From assembly GCF_963921235.1 (NCBI RefSeq), contig NC_086106.1, positions 33,418,001-33,482,000 of the forward strand: a stretch of DNA of 64,000 bases, in the 5' to 3' direction. The stretch's first letter is position 1, and every line of letters begins with the position of its first letter. The stretch is from Mobula hypostoma. Its lineage: Eukaryota. The translations under genes were made by a program, and so were the position numbers. This document shows positions 26,240 through 40,055 of this stretch, in pieces. The notes below the pieces were generated by a model. It searched no databases and was not told where the DNA came from. It saw nothing but the letters and a program-made list of their open reading frames with translations.

Positions 26240-27365
26240 AGCCTGCGCAACACACACAAAATGCTGGAGGAACTCTGCAGGTCAGGCAACATCTATGGAG
26301 AGGAATAAGCACTCTATGTTTCTGGCCGAGAATGTTTATCAGGACTCGAAAGGAAGGGGGAAGAAACCAAAGTAACAATATGGGGAGGGGGCAGTGGAAT
26401 GAGTACAAGCTGGCAAGTGGTAAGTAAGACCAGATGAGGAGGTAGTTGGGAGAGAGGGGAAGGGGTGATGGTGAGAAGTTTGGAAGAGGTAAAGGACTGA
26501 AGAGGAAGGAGTCTGATAGAAGCGGACGGTGGACTATGGAAGAGCGCGATGGAAGAGGGGAGGGGCTGGTGAGGAGAAGAGAAAGCATGAGAGGGGAACC
26601 AGAATGGGGAATCAAAAAAGACAAAAGGGGAGGTGGGTGGGGGAGAAATTACCAAAAGTTAGAGAAATCGATGTTCCTGACATCAGAGTGGTGGTTACCT
26701 AGAAGGAGGCGTTGTGTCTCCTAACCAAGTGTCCCCTCATTGTGGCAGTAGTGGAGGCCATGGGCAGGCATGTTGGAATGAGAATTCAAATTGAAATGGT
26801 AAAGACCGGAGAACACCGCCTTTTCCAGCAGACAGAGTGATGGTGCGAAGCAGTCCCATAACCTACGTCGATTCTCACTGATGTGAAAAGGCGGCAAGTT
26901 GAGAACCAGATATACTAGAAGGCCCAGACCACCTCGTAGGTGAAATGTCACCCAACCTGGTAGGGCTGTTTTAGAGCAGTGAATGCTGGCGAGGAGGCTG
27001 GAGTAGCATTTGTCGGGAGTACCTCTTGCGGAGATATGAGCCAGAAGGGTGATTAACGGGGAGGGACGAGTGGACGAGGGAGTCAGATGGAGACTTCTTC
27101 TTCAGGTAACTTGCTATAGAAAGACTACATCCTCCTATCTCCTTCATCTATCATCTCCTAGCTTCTTACTTCATCCATTTCCATCTCCCCATCTACTATA
27201 CCCCTCATCTGTTCTCTTGTATTACCTGCCAGGGTGTACTTCCCTTTCCCTCGCCTCCTTATTCTGGCTTCTTCCCCCGTCGGTTTGAAACTTCAATAGT
27301 TATTCGTCATCAGAAATGATACCTGACCTGCTGAGTTCCTTCAGCATTCTGTGTTCGCTGTTTGG
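26240..27365. mobile_element. Penelope-like remnant (GIY-YIG end and pLTR on minus, divergent plus pLTR at 27100-27365)
   Basis: Minus strand encodes degenerate YISENRRRLWDCFAP...HFNLNSHSNMPAHGLHYCHNEGTLGLGDTTP, the C-terminal part of a Penelope endonuclease. Confidence 0.72.
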
Positions 27366-27631
27366 AAATTGTTTTGTTTTCTTATCAGCTCCTCCAATGA
27401 AAAGTGCTCCTATATTTTCATAATCATGTCTTCCTCCTCTATTTGGTGCGATACAAATTTAAATATAAAAGGTTTACTTTTCCTGTCTGACTTCTTCCTT
27501 CGCCCTTAATTTAGGATGTCTGTTTCAGCCTCTCTCTCTCTCATGTGCATAAACACAGTCCGGCACACATGCACGACCATACAGATACATGATCTGATAA
27601 CGAATTCGGCAGACCATGCCCGGAATCTCTT

Positions 27632-30600
27632 TCCTTTACTTTACTTTACTTTGTTGACGCCAAACAATTGATACCAGAGCGTACAATCATCAGAGTGATA
27701 TGTGATTCTACGCTTCGCACTCCCTGGAGAACAAATCGATAGTAAAGAGTAAAAATTTTAAAAATAAATAAATTATAAATAATAAATGGAAAATAGAAAA
27801 GGGAAAGTAAGGTATTCAAAAAAAAACAAAACAAAACAAGAGGCAGGTCCGGATATTTGGAGGGTACGGCCCAGATCCGGGTCAGGATCTGTTCAACAGT
27901 CTCACCACAGTTGGAAAGAAGCTGTTCACAAATCTAGCCGTACGAGTCTTCAAGTTTTTGAGCCTTGTCCCGGAGGGAAGAGAGACGAAATGTGTGTTGG
28001 CTGGGTGTGTCGTGTCCTTGATTATACCGGCAGCACTGCTCCGACAGCGTGCGGTGTAAAGTGAATCCAAGGATGGAAGATTGCTTTGTGTGATTTGTTG
28101 AGCTGTGTTCACGATCTTTTGCAGTTTTCTCCGGTCTTGGGCAGGACAACTTGCATACCAGGTTGTGATGCATCCTAGGAGAATGCTCTTTACAGTGCAT
28201 ATATAAAAAATAGTGAAGGTTTTAGGGGACAGGCCACATTCCATTCGCTTTCTCAGGAAGTAAAAGCGCTGGGGGGCCTTCTTGGCAGTGGACTCTGCTT
28301 GGTTGGACCAAATCAGGTCATTTGTGATATTGACCCCGAGGAACTTAAAGCTTTTGACCTGTTCCACTTGCGCACCACCGATGTAAATTGGGTTGTGCGG
28401 TCCGCTAGTCCTTCTGAAGTCAACAACCAATTCCTTCGTCTTGCTGACGTTGAGGGATAGGTTATTGTCTTTGCACCATGCCACCAGGTTCTTAATTTCC
28501 TCTCTGTACTTAAACTCATCATTACCCGAGATACGGCCTACAATTGTTGTGTCATCAGCAAACTTATATATTGAGTTTGATGGAAACTTGGCTGCACAAT
28601 CATGGGTGTAAAGTGAGTACAGCAGGGGGCTGAGTATACAGCCTTGTGGGGCACCGGTGCTCAGAGTGATTGTAGAGGAGATCTTGTCCCCTATTTTTAC
28701 AGCCTGGGTCCTGTCTGTGAGGAAGTTGAAGATCCAGGTGCAGATCTGAGTGCTAAGGCCTAGGTCCGGAGCTTACGAATCAGTTTATTTGGAATGATAG
28801 TATTAAAGGCAGAGCTTTAGTCAATGAAAAGGAGCCTTACATATGCGTCTTTATTCTCCAGGTGTTCTAAGGAGGAATGTAGGGCCAGAGAGATGGCATC
28901 TGCCGTTGACCTGTTGCTCCGGTAGGCGAATTGCAAAGCGTCGAGGTTGACCGGTGGGCTGTGGTTGATGTGTGCCATAACCAATCGCTCGAAGCACTTC
29001 ATAGCAATTGATGTGAGAGCCACAGGTCGATAGTCATTCAGACATGCCACCTTGCTCTTCCTCGGCACTGGGATTATCGTTGTCTTCTTAAAATACGAGG
29101 GGATCTTAGACTGAAGCAAGGAGCAGTTGAAAATGTCAGCAAGCACTCCAGCTAGCTTACTCGCACAGGCCCGGAGAACCCGTCCTGGGATGCCATCTGG
29201 TCCCGTCGCCTTCATTGGATTTATCTTCAGGAAGGCCCTTCTAACGTCCTCCTCGGTAACGGTGAATCTCGATTCCACCAGGTCCGGTTCATCCGGAGGG
29301 AGTGGGACGCTCCTCTTCTGTTCGAATCTTGTGTAGAATACATTAAGTTTGTCAGGAAGAGAAGCGCCACAGTTATTGATATTCCCAGACTTTTCTTTGC
29401 GCCCAGTGATCTGATTTAGACCCTGCCATAGTCTACCGGCATCCCTCTGGTTAGCCTGGGCTTCCAACTTGGCTCGATATTGCCTCTTGGTTCCCTTAAT
29501 GGCTTTCCAGAGTTCACGCCTGGATTCTGTGTAGCCACTGGTATCCCCGGACCTAAAAGCCGCAGCCCTAGCCTTTAAAAGGGACTTGATCTCATAATTC
29601 ATCCAAGGGTTCCTGGTAGGGAATACCCGGATCGTCTTGTGAGACACACAGTCCTCCGTGCATTTCCAGATAAAGTCCGTGACAGCTGAGGCGTACTTAT
29701 CGAGGTTAGCTTCCGAGTCCTTGAATACTAACCAGTCCGCCGATTCAAAGCAGTCACGGAGGACCTCATCCGTTTCCTCCGTCCAACGCGACACCACTTT
29801 TGACACCGTGACCTCCCGCTTCAGTTTCTGTTTGCAGGCCGGAAGGAGGGGTACGGCCTGATGGTCTGATTTTCCGAAGTGAGGTCGTGGGATGGAACGG
29901 TAGGCATCCTTGACTGCTGTGTAACAGTGGTCAAGTATATTCGGGCCTCTGGTGGGGCAGGAGACATGTTGGTATAACTTTGGCAGCGCCTTTCTGAGGT
30001 TGGCCTGGTTATAAGTCCCCGGCTGTAATAAGCAAAGCCTCCGGATACCTGGTCTCAAGTTCACTGATGTTGGCATACAGTCTGTTCACGACACACTCCA
30101 CGTCCACCTGGGGGGGGGGGGGGGGCCGGGAATGAAGACCGTTGTCAGTATGTTCCAGGTGAATTCCCGTGGCAGATAGTAGGGACGACACTTCAGCGAC
30201 AGGTCTTCCAGGTTAGGGCTGCAGGAGCTTGTCAGTGCCACTGTGTCCGAGCACCACGCAGTGTTGATCAGTGGGCAGACACCACTCCCCCTCGTCTTGC
30301 CCGAAGACGCCGTGCGGTCCATCCGATAGATCAAAAATCTCTCCGGTCGGATGGCACAGTTTGGTGTGGCAGGGGAGACCCAGGTCTCGGTGAAACAGTT
30401 CTGCGTCTCCCTGCAGTAGGCGAGTTTCCCTTTAAAATCATCCACCTTGTTCCCTATGGCTTGCACATTAGCGAGGAGGATGGTGGGCACAGGGACCCTG
30501 AAGCCCCTCAGCTTCAATCTGACCAGCAGCCTAGCATTTTTCCACGCGTCCTCGGTAAATAGTGCATCTTTCCAGGTTTCAATTGATGCAGTGTGTTGTT

Positions 30601-30830
30601 GGAAGCTCTTTGAGGTTGGTGGACGCGCCCCGCGGAGATCGATCGGCGGGTCGGCTCGTCGGGGGTCCGGGTCGGGCCGAGTGACGGGGGAGGCTCCGCT
30701 GCCGCTTCCAGCTGCCGGAAGCCCGGGCTGTCGATTGGGTTGGGCCCCAAAGCCAAAACTTAATCCCAGAAGGCCGGACTCCAGGCTGAAACAAGTCCGT
30801 TAGCTGAGTCGGTATCTGGCGACTCTCCGC
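27632..30830 (-). mobile_element. Near-complete Rex1/Babar LINE (APE endonuclease plus RT)
   Basis: ORFs 30086-30517 (LLANVQAIGNKVDD...CFTETW), 28817-30076 (ATGPDGIPGRVLRACA...YRPVALTS...VRLLFID) and 27882-28484; (TAAAG)n tail at 27632-27651; a few frameshifts. Confidence 0.93.
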
Positions 30831-32921
30831 GTGCTCTCCCGAGCAAACTGCCCTCTACACTCTACTATACACGAGAAACCCTTGCAAACCTCCAATCTGC
30901 TACATCTAGCAGGATCAACAACACCCTGGTGAAGCTACTGATCCAGCTGGAGATCACCGCGCCAGAATTGCTTGTTCAACTCTGGACCGCACCTGGACCC
31001 GGCTAGCGGGGCCTGGTCCGAGTCTTCGCTTTCCTTTGCAGTATTCGCCAGACAAACCTGACTGACGTGCTAAGAAATTCCTTCCATTGGAAATCAAATT
31101 GAAACGTCAACATTGAATCCTTCTCCACATATGCAAAAGCGTTTTTTATTTTTGTGTTCAGTCGCATCATATTCTTTCGAACCCAACTGTCGGAAAGTTT
31201 ATTGTTGGTCAGAGGTTAATGCAGCAATCATGTATTAACAAATGCTGAAGTTCACAGATTCTGGTAATTCTTTGGAAAGTAACAAATCAAACTGAGTCAG
31301 ATCGCTCTGCTTCTGTACGAGGCGCAAAGAAGATGTATTGTGAATGATCCGAACTATAGTTTTGTTTCATTTATAGGTAAATTTTCCCAAAGGGGAGTTC
31401 AATGCTTAATTGGTGGAATAATATCAGTGGCTAATTGTGTATAAAACTGCCAGGTCCGTTGTCTTTTCTATAGTTTAGACGAATAAGATTGATTGCATTG
31501 AAGAGCCAAATTGAATAATTTGTTTTCCCAAAAAAACCAACTCTCGTGTTCGGGATTCTATAAAGTGATATGAGTAAAATTAGGAGACAATTTTCGATTT
31601 CTTTCCCTCACAAGTTAAAACAAACATTGCCTAAATGTTACCAGTGAATTTTGGGTGGACTGAGGCCAATTGGTTTTAATTTGTTAGATGAGAGTGTTGG
31701 CGTTCATGAGATAATGCGGATAAATGGAAAGAGAATACACACAGGCAAAAATGCTGAAACCCTCGCCTTGCAATACCAGCAATGATCAGTGGATGGCAGT
31801 AACGGGTCCCTGAAACTGGAGATCCCAAATTAGAATTATTATGGTTTCAGCTTCTTTTCTGCTTGGATCCAATGAATATGGATTATTATCTTTTAAAGAC
31901 ACGGAGAATAAATATTTCCTGGTCATGGTGAAGAAGTTGAATTTATGGAACCGGCACCAACTAGGAAAGGAGAGCAGATATTCTTTCCAAAAGGACATGG
32001 GCAAACCAAATGTGTATTTGTTCCGTAATTTTTGCTCCTGTCTTGTGATCTGCTAAAGCTAACTTTAAAACAAGGACATTTATTTTTAATGTGAAAATTA
32101 TATCAATTTCTCGAGTTGCCATTGTTGGATTCCAACTCATGTCGCTGGCTATTAATGCAGTGGCAAATATGTTTTGAAATTAACGCTTTCCATGCTATCA
32201 AAGCTCTATTATTATTTTTTTCATTCACCCAATTCCACAGCAACATGCTCAAACATTATCCCGACAACACGCATTGAATGAAGAAGGAACTCAGCAAGCT
32301 ATGTAGCATCTATTGAAGGGAAATAAACAGTATCTACACTTCTTCCTCTTTCTGGTGAAGCTCCTTTCCTATTCTCGTTTCCATGCACTGCACCCATACA
32401 ATGTGCCGGATTTCCATGGACTTTCTTTGTCTCAAGAGGACAAGAACGTCTAATTTGATGTCAGTGCCACTTGTCTTTAACTCATTGGTGGGGGGGGGGC
32501 GGGGGAAGGGGGGAATCTAACGTTCCAGAATTACAACCCCATGAAACTCACCGTCATTTCCAGCAAGCATATTTTCCTCTCGGTTCCCTGTTGTCTTTTT
32601 CTATGTAATTATACCCAATATTGCCCAACTGTATCACATCCTGCTATCTCAATTCTGTTACCAGGAAATTGCCGAGCACCTTCTATTTTTATCTTGACAA
32701 ATTGAGGCTCATCTTAAAAGTTCAATATCATCTCGTAAATCGTGGATGAACTTGCAACGATCTAGTGAGGATAATCGCAGAGAAATGGGTGGATGTGCAG
32801 ATTCACCTGAAGGTGAAGAAGTGCAGTACACCTGTTGGCAGAGGTGGTGGATAAATGAAGAGGGGAAAGAATACAAAGCTCGTTTTCTTCTATTTGAATG
32901 CAAGGATTCTAATTCGTGAGG

Positions 32922-33790
32922 TCATCATCATAGCTTGTCACGCCAGACAGCCAGTCACTCTAGTGTTGTTTGGTTCATGTTGAGCAGGTCAGTGTCAGCT
33001 AAATCAGGTGAGAGTGGGCAGCTGCGCAGAACGTGTTCAATGTTCTGCATCCTTTAGCCACGCTCACAGGATTCGCTGCTCTTTAAACCCCACTTCACCA
33101 TATTGTCTCCCGTCCTACTCCCGCTTAGCTCTGTTCAGTGTGCACCACTTCCGTCTGTCAAGCAGTGCCCCATCTGGCAACATTTCCGTGGGGTCTTGCA
33201 CTGTATTGTTTGGTGGGGTTTTGGCTTCTGTTTGTTGCCAAAGGTCAATCCTGTATGTTAGGGGGGATGTTCCGTGCGGTACTCTAGCAAACCTTTTCCT
33301 TGATCTTAGGCAGTTGGAAAATGGCACATGATGATGTAGTGGGTGCTGTGGATCCGAGTTCTGTTTACCTTCTTCAATTTTTGTTGTAGTATGTCTTCGG
33401 ATCTCTCGGGGGGCAATACCCGCAAGTCTGTAAATGACATTAGTGGCTGTGGGGCGCAGTGTGCCCGTAATTATTCGCGGGCTTCGTTAAGCAACGGGTC
33501 TATTTTCTTTGCATGGGCTGATCTGCCCCACACAGGGGCACAGTATTCTGCAGGCTCATAGCAGAGCGCGAGGGCAGTTGATCTAAGTGTGTGAGCATTA
33601 GCTCCCCATTTTGTGCCTGCTAATTTTTTTAAGAGAGAATTGCGAGAGCCAACTTTTCCTTGGAATTTTTGAATGTGGGTAGCAAATGAGAGCCTCCTAT
33701 CCAGTGTCACGCCCAGCTAAATTGGAGTCGGATGATGTTCGAGCTCCTTCCCATACCAGAAGTAAAGTAGTTGAAGTCAACGCTTTAATT
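32922..33790 (-). mobile_element. Ingi/Vingi-like LINE 3' fragment
   Basis: LGVTLDRRLSFATHI...KKLAGTKWGANAHTLRSTALALCYEPAEYCAPVW...WCTLNRA, a terminal CCHC-like region and a (TGA)n tail. Clade assigned from recalled motifs. Confidence 0.65.
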
Positions 33791-34079
33791 GAAGCTTTGA
33801 CTTTGATTAAGATTTTGTTTCCTTTATTATAACAAGTTTGAAAATTGGGTAATCTGGCAACAGGGTATGAATTTTTTTTTCAGTTAAAAACAAGAGGAGA
33901 TGCCAAAGAGAAGGTGGTATTTCAGTTTCGTAAATCATGGAGTGATAAATTTGGAAATACTGTGTGTGGGATGGAGTAGTTGGGATTGCCGGATCAGCCA
34001 GGGGTACCGGGTATGTCAAGGGCAGATCTCAGTGATGAATCTGTATTTATTTTAAAGAAGGCAATTGTGTATTAGACCG

Positions 34080-37000
34080 TAGGTCATAGAACTTAGAAGA
34101 GTACCACAGGAACAGATAATCCAATCCTCAATGTTGTGTGGAGCCAGTTACAAAGCAAATCAAAAACACCCGAATACTCATCCCTCCTACCTCCATCTTC
34201 CTTTCATCCATGTGCCGATCCAAACATCTCTAAAAAAGCCTCTAATGTATCTGCCTCCACCACCATACCAGGCGGCGCATTCGAGGCATCCACGACTCTC
34301 TGAGTAAACAACTTACCTCTCACATTCCCCTTGAACCTTGCCCATCTCACCTTCAGTGCATGCCCTCGGGTGTTAGGCATTTCAACCCTGTGGGACAGAT
34401 TCTCTGTATATTCTATTTATGCCTCTCATTACCCCCTCAGGTACTGAAGTTTCAGAGAAAACAGCCAAGTTTATCCGGCCTCTTGTGAAAGCTCTAAACC
34501 AGGCACTATCCTGCAAACCTCTTCTGCATCCTCTCCAAAGCCTCAACTCCTTCCTATGGTGGGTGACCAGAACTGCACACAACACTTCAAATGTGGCCTA
34601 ACCAGAGTTTTATAAAGTTGCAACATACCTCCTGACTTTTGAACTCAATGCGATGACTAATTAAAGCAAGTGTTGTACATGCCTTCTTAATTTGTGGAGC
34701 CACTTTCAAAGAGATATGAACTTGGATCCTGAAATCTCTCTGCTCAGCGACACTGTTGAGAGCCTTGCATTTGCCCTATCTGGGTTAAAGTACATCTGCC
34801 ATTTCTTAGCCCATGTCTGCAACTAATCCATATCATGCTGTATTCTTTGCCAGTCTTCTACACTATCTACAACTCCACCAGTCTTGGTATCATCCACAAA
34901 TTTACTAACCCACCCATCTGCATTTTCATCTGGGTCATTTGTGTATATTACAAACAGCTGAGGTCCCAGCACGGATCCCTGCGGAACTCCACTAATTACA
35001 GACGTCCAGCTCGAATAAGCCCCTTTGACCACTTCCCTCTCTCTTCTATGTGCAAGCCAGTGCTGAATCCAAACAGCCAATTCACTGCACAAACCATGCA
35101 TCTAATCTTCTGGATTAGTCTCCCCTCCCATGAGGGACTTTGTCAAATGCTGTACTAAAAACCATGTATACAACAGCCACTGCCCTACCCTCAGCAAACT
35201 CTCTCATCATCTTGTCAAAAAAACTCAATCAAGATGATAAGGTACGACCTGCCACAAGCAAAGCTATGCTGGTTCTCCCTGGTTAGGTCATGGGTTAACC
35301 CAAACTGATATATCCTATCTCTAAGAATTTTCTCCAGCAATTACCCTACAACTGACGTGGGACTCACCAATCTATAGTTCCAAGGACTTTCCCTTGTTCC
35401 ATTCTTAAAAAAGAGGTTCAGCATTAACCACTCTCTAGTTCTCTGGGACCTTGCCTGTGGCTAGAGAGGACAGAAAGACACTGGTTAAGGGCCCAGTAAT
35501 CTCGTCCCTTGACTCCTTCAAAAGCCTCAGTCAAATCCCATCAAGTGCTGAAGACTTATCCACCTTAATAGTCATTAGAAGGCTCAACACTTCCTCCCCT
35601 TGTACTCCAAACGCCCTAACGTATTGATACACTCAGTCCTGATCTCTTGGTCCTCCATATCTTTTCCCTTGGTAAATACTGAAGCAAAGTACTTATTAAG
35701 TACCTCACTCCCATTCCCCCCAGCCCACTTTATCCTTGAGTGGTCCCACCCTCTCCCCAGTTATCCTTTTACTGTTGATGTATGAATGGAATACTTTGGG
35801 TTTCAAATTAATCTTGCTTGTCAAGGATATTTCATGGCTACTCTTGGCTTCTTTATACTCCTCATGTGATTTTTTGACCCAGACTTCTGAAGCTCTAAAT
35901 ACTTTTCCGTTTTCCTTCTTGACTAAATTCATCACCTCTATGGACATCCAAGGTGTTCTTATCTTTCCATCCCCGTTCTTCCTTCTGACGGGAACAAACC
36001 TTTCCTATACTCTATGCAATTGAACTTTAATCCCCCCCCCCCTCCACATGTCTGATCTGGACTTGACAGTGAAAAGGTTTTCCCAATTAAAGCTTTTTAG
36101 TTACTGCCACATGCTCTCGTCATTTGCCCTACTCCATTTTAAACCTTTCCCACAAGGACCACACCTATCCCACAGCTACCTTGAAAGCTAAAGAGTTGTG
36201 ACCACAGTTCTCTAACTATTCAACCACTGAAAGGTCAGTCACCTGGCCAGACTGATTCCCAACGCGAAGTCCAGTACAGCCACTCCCCTGATTGGACAGT
36301 CCACATGTTGGTCTAAGAAACCCTCCTGGATACATTTAACAAATTCAGCCCCATATATATCCCTTACAATAAGAAGGTCCAAGTTTACACTAGGGACGTT
36401 GAAATTTCCCATGAAAACAACCCTAATATTTTCACACATTTCCTTAATCTGGTTGCATATCTCTTCCTCAGTAACCCGGTGCCTAATCGGGTATCTGCAG
36501 TACAATCCCATCAGTGTGATTGCACCCCTCCTATTCCTGTATTCTACCTAAATGGATTTAGTGTCTGACTCCTCGTAGTGCAGCTGTGATATTGTCCCTG
36601 ATTAACAGTGCAACTCCACTCGCTCTGTTACCTCCTCCTCTATATTTTCCAAAACTTTGAAAACCTGGTACATTAGGCACACAATCCTGCTCCCCTCTCA
36701 GCCAAGTTTCAGTAATGGCTTCAACATGTAGTTCCGTCTTGTACAGGTCACCCCTTCCTCAGGAACGTTTCCAATGATCCAAGAACTTGAACTCCTGTCC
36801 TTTGCACCATCTCAGCAGCCACTCACTCATCCGTGCTACCATCCCATTTCGATGTCATTGTTGTCAATATGCACCAGGAGTTCTGGCTGTTCCCTCTTCT
36901 CCTTGACAATATCTTGCAGCCGCTCCAATGCATCATGGAGCCCAGCAATTAGGAGGAAACACACTATCCTGGTGCCATGTTTTGTCGTTACAGAATATCT

Positions 37001-37330
37001 TTTCTGTCTCCATAACTATTGAGTCCCCTGTTATAACTTCATTGCCTGGCTTTATCCTTCCCTGTCAAGCTTCAGAGCCGGCCACAGTGTCAGCAGTCTG
37101 TCTGCTGCTGCCGTGATCTGATGGTCACCCACCCCTAGCAGTATACAAAGGAGCGTACTTGTTGCTCAGGAGAGTGGCCACAGGAGAACCCTGCACTGAC
37201 TTTATATTCCACTACCTCTCCTGGTGGCCACAAGTTTACTGTCCAAAGGCTATACACTGGGTATGACCACCTCTTCAAAAGTCTCGTCCGTAGTATCTTC
37301 AGCCTCCAGAATGGTCTTGATTACATCCAA
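34080..37330 (-). mobile_element. Decayed near-full-length CR1 LINE including an ORF1 esterase remnant
   Basis: RT motifs ([23 protein letters not shown]), endonuclease (VFMGNFN...GFLDQHV) and an ORF1 SGNH-like segment (DSIV...ERLQDIV...EQPELLVHIDNNDI) near 36800-37050. Confidence 0.8.
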
Positions 37331-37599
37331 CTCCAGCTCCAATTGGTGAGGTACCACAATAAATGTGGTTGACATTGACGTCAGTAAGGCCAACAATAGT
37401 TCCAATTTAGAAATGTAATCTAAGATGTTAATTTGATTCAGGGAATGATGTTAAAATGAGGGTTTCTGGTGACCTCAGAAGGGTTTTTCTGTGATTGTTA
37501 GAAGGTGCTAACTGGTGTTCCACAGGGACTCGTACTGGGAGCCTTTGTGTTTCAATATGGCATGACTGTGCATTAGGAGTTAGTGTTAAATTACAAAGT

Positions 37600-38250
37600 T
37601 CAAGTTTCAAAGTAAATTTATTATAGAAAATTATATATTGGCATATAGAACTCTGAGATTCGTTTTCTTGTGGGCATTCTCAGTAAATCCAAGAAACAAC
37701 AGAATCAATAAAAGATTGCACCCAACAGGATGAACAACCAACCAATGTTTAAAATGGACCAATCTATGCAAATACAAAAGGGAGAAATAAATAAATTATA
37801 ACGATAAGAGTCATTGAAAGTGAATCAAGTGGTTGTGGGAACGGTTCGGTGATGGGATGAGTGAAGTTGAGTGAAGTTATACCAATTGGTTCAACAGCCT
37901 GATGGTTGAGGGATAATAACTGTTCGTGAACCTGTTGGCGTGTGTCCCGAGGCTCCTGTACCTTCTTCCTGATGGCAGCAGTGAGACGAGAGCATGGACT
38001 GGGTGGTGGGGTCCCTAATGATGGATGCTGCCTTCTAGCGACAGCTTTCCGTGTAGATGTGCTCAATGGTGGGGAGCGTTTTACCCTTGATAGACTGGGT
38101 CGTATCCATTACCTTTCGTAAGGCTTACCGTTAAAGGACGTTGCTGTTTCTGTACCAAGTCGTGATGCAACCAGTCAATATATGTTCCACCACAGATCTA
38201 CAGAAATTTGTCATAGTTTCAGATGACATGCCGAATCTTCAGAAACTTCT
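37600..38250 (-). mobile_element. Rex1/Babar LINE 3' fragment
   Basis: QSIKGKTLPTIEHIYTESCR...LLPSGRRYRSLGTHANRFTNSYYP on the minus strand. Confidence 0.75.
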
Positions 38251-38453
38251 AAAAAAAAATGTGGAGACACCTCAGACTCCCGAAGTGAGAATTTAAAATT
38301 ATCGGTGAACATTTCAGCCAGTTGATCATCACAGGTTTTTAACACTCAACCAGGTAACCCATCTGTGGTCTGTGTGAGTTCGTGAAGGATCATCCATGTT
38401 TTGATGGTCAAGTGAACATAGAATACACTGAGCCCATCCGGGTACTAAGCTTT

Positions 38454-38976
38454 TGTCAGTACCTCCAGTTGAACTTTGTCTTATTGTGCGTTTTCCCCCT
38501 AGCCGGCAGTCTGTGGTTTGGTATTGCCATGTGCTCTTGTTTGTTTTCATGCCCCATGTGTTCCTGTCCCAGCTCCTGCTCTACTCCGGCCCCTGTATTA
38601 CTGAGTACTCCACCTCTCACCTGTTTCTCTTTATTATCTATTTTGCTGCCACTTCTGTCGCGTTGTGCTCCACCTATCATCTGCCTCTCTGTGTATTGCT
38701 CAGTGCATTTTAGTCCTGTGTTTTCACCTGATTGTTGCCAAATTGTACCAGTGAGTTTTCCTGAGCCTTTCCAGCATTCGTATCTGAACTCTATCCGTCT
38801 GAATATCGACTCTGCCTGTTTCCCCGATTCTGGTTTCTGGATTTCTTTGGATTTTTTGATCTCTACCTGAACTTTGACGCCGACGTTGTTTACACCTCAG
38901 GATTTGTTACTCAATTAACAGTACTGTGTGCACAGTGCAGGGTCTGCGATTGAATCACTGCTCCAGCGTCCTGACA
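38454..38976. mobile_element. Solo LTR (copy A)
   Basis: TGTCAG...CTGACA terminal inverted 6-mers; near-TSD GCTTT/GCGTT; homologous to 53339-53862 in the opposite orientation. Confidence 0.7.
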
Positions 38977-39289
38977 GCGTTGTTATCATCCATGTCGCCG
39001 TATTTTCTCTTTGTAAGAGGAAATAACATTAAATCCTTGCCACAGTGGTCGAGCATCCTTCCATGGTTCAAGTTTGGTCCGAAATTGCCACGTTTTGCCG
39101 TGAAATGGCTTTCCGGAGATTGTATGTGAACCTTTTGTATTTTACTTGGTCGCTAGACCTGAATGCCGCTGATCGGGCCCTCAACAGATTGCGGATCTCG
39201 TGGTTTCTACAGGGCTTCTGATTGGGCATAGTTGTTTTCGAAAAAACTTGAATGAAGTCCCCGACTATGATTTGTTTGCTTATAGTGAT

Positions 39290-39296
<7 letters not shown>

Positions 39297-39338
<42 letters not shown>
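39297..39338. repeat. (CT)n microsatellite
   Basis: Continuous CT run. Confidence 0.95.
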
Positions 39339-39344
<6 letters not shown>

Positions 39345-39905
39345 TGGGGGGGTGGTTGTGGTGGTAACGGGGCTGTTGGCAATGGTTAATGGTTAAATTG
39401 TCTCTCTATTGGAGGCATATAAAAGTAAAAACACACTTTTAAGATAAAGGAACTAAAGGGGTGAAAGGATTTCAAGGGATCTAGATTGATTTTATCTCTA
39501 AGGGAATATCGATTGCCTAGAATTCAGTGTCCAAAGGGAGCGGTGAAACAGAGTCGTTGACAGTATTTAAAATGTGTCTGGAGGAGCACAGGAACGATCT
39601 CTGGGGCTTTCAGCCGAGTGCTGGAAGGTGGGATTAATACGGACATGTACTCACTGGTTAGCATGGCCCTGTAACATTGCTTCCCCCATTGTCACCAAGC
39701 ACGACATTGAAAGCCCTAGACGTTGATGGCGGCACTGTTGGAAGACAGACATTACGTTTATATCCCTTCATTTGCCTTCTACAACCGCGAAAGCACCATG
39801 TTTCCGCCGCGCACCACCCTTTAACTCATCTGACCCAGTCCAGAATATTTACCACATCAGTTGTCCTATCCTTGAAACCCAATCAGACAGTTTTAAAATT
39901 CTAAT

Positions 39906-40055
39906 ATAAAAGTTGCTGGTGAACGCAGCAGGCCAGGCAGCATCTCTAGGAAGAGGTACCTCTTCCTAGAGATGCTGCCTGGCCTGCTGCGTTCACCAGC
40001 AACTTTTATGTGTGTTGCTTGAATTTCCAGCATCTGCAGAATTCCTGTTGTTTGC
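39906..40055. mobile_element. Penelope pLTR fragment forming a perfect 104-bp palindrome (39906-40009)
   Basis: The 52-bp arms are exact reverse complements, centred on GGT|ACC at 39955-39960. Confidence 0.85.

Noticed and set aside
31790-32056. INISW and W...CICSV Ig-like fragments on the plus strand
   Set aside because: Motif spacing is wrong and stops intervene; indistinguishable from chance.
38382-38870. Cys-rich 162-aa ORF
   Set aside because: Lies in a CT-rich solo LTR; compositional artefact.
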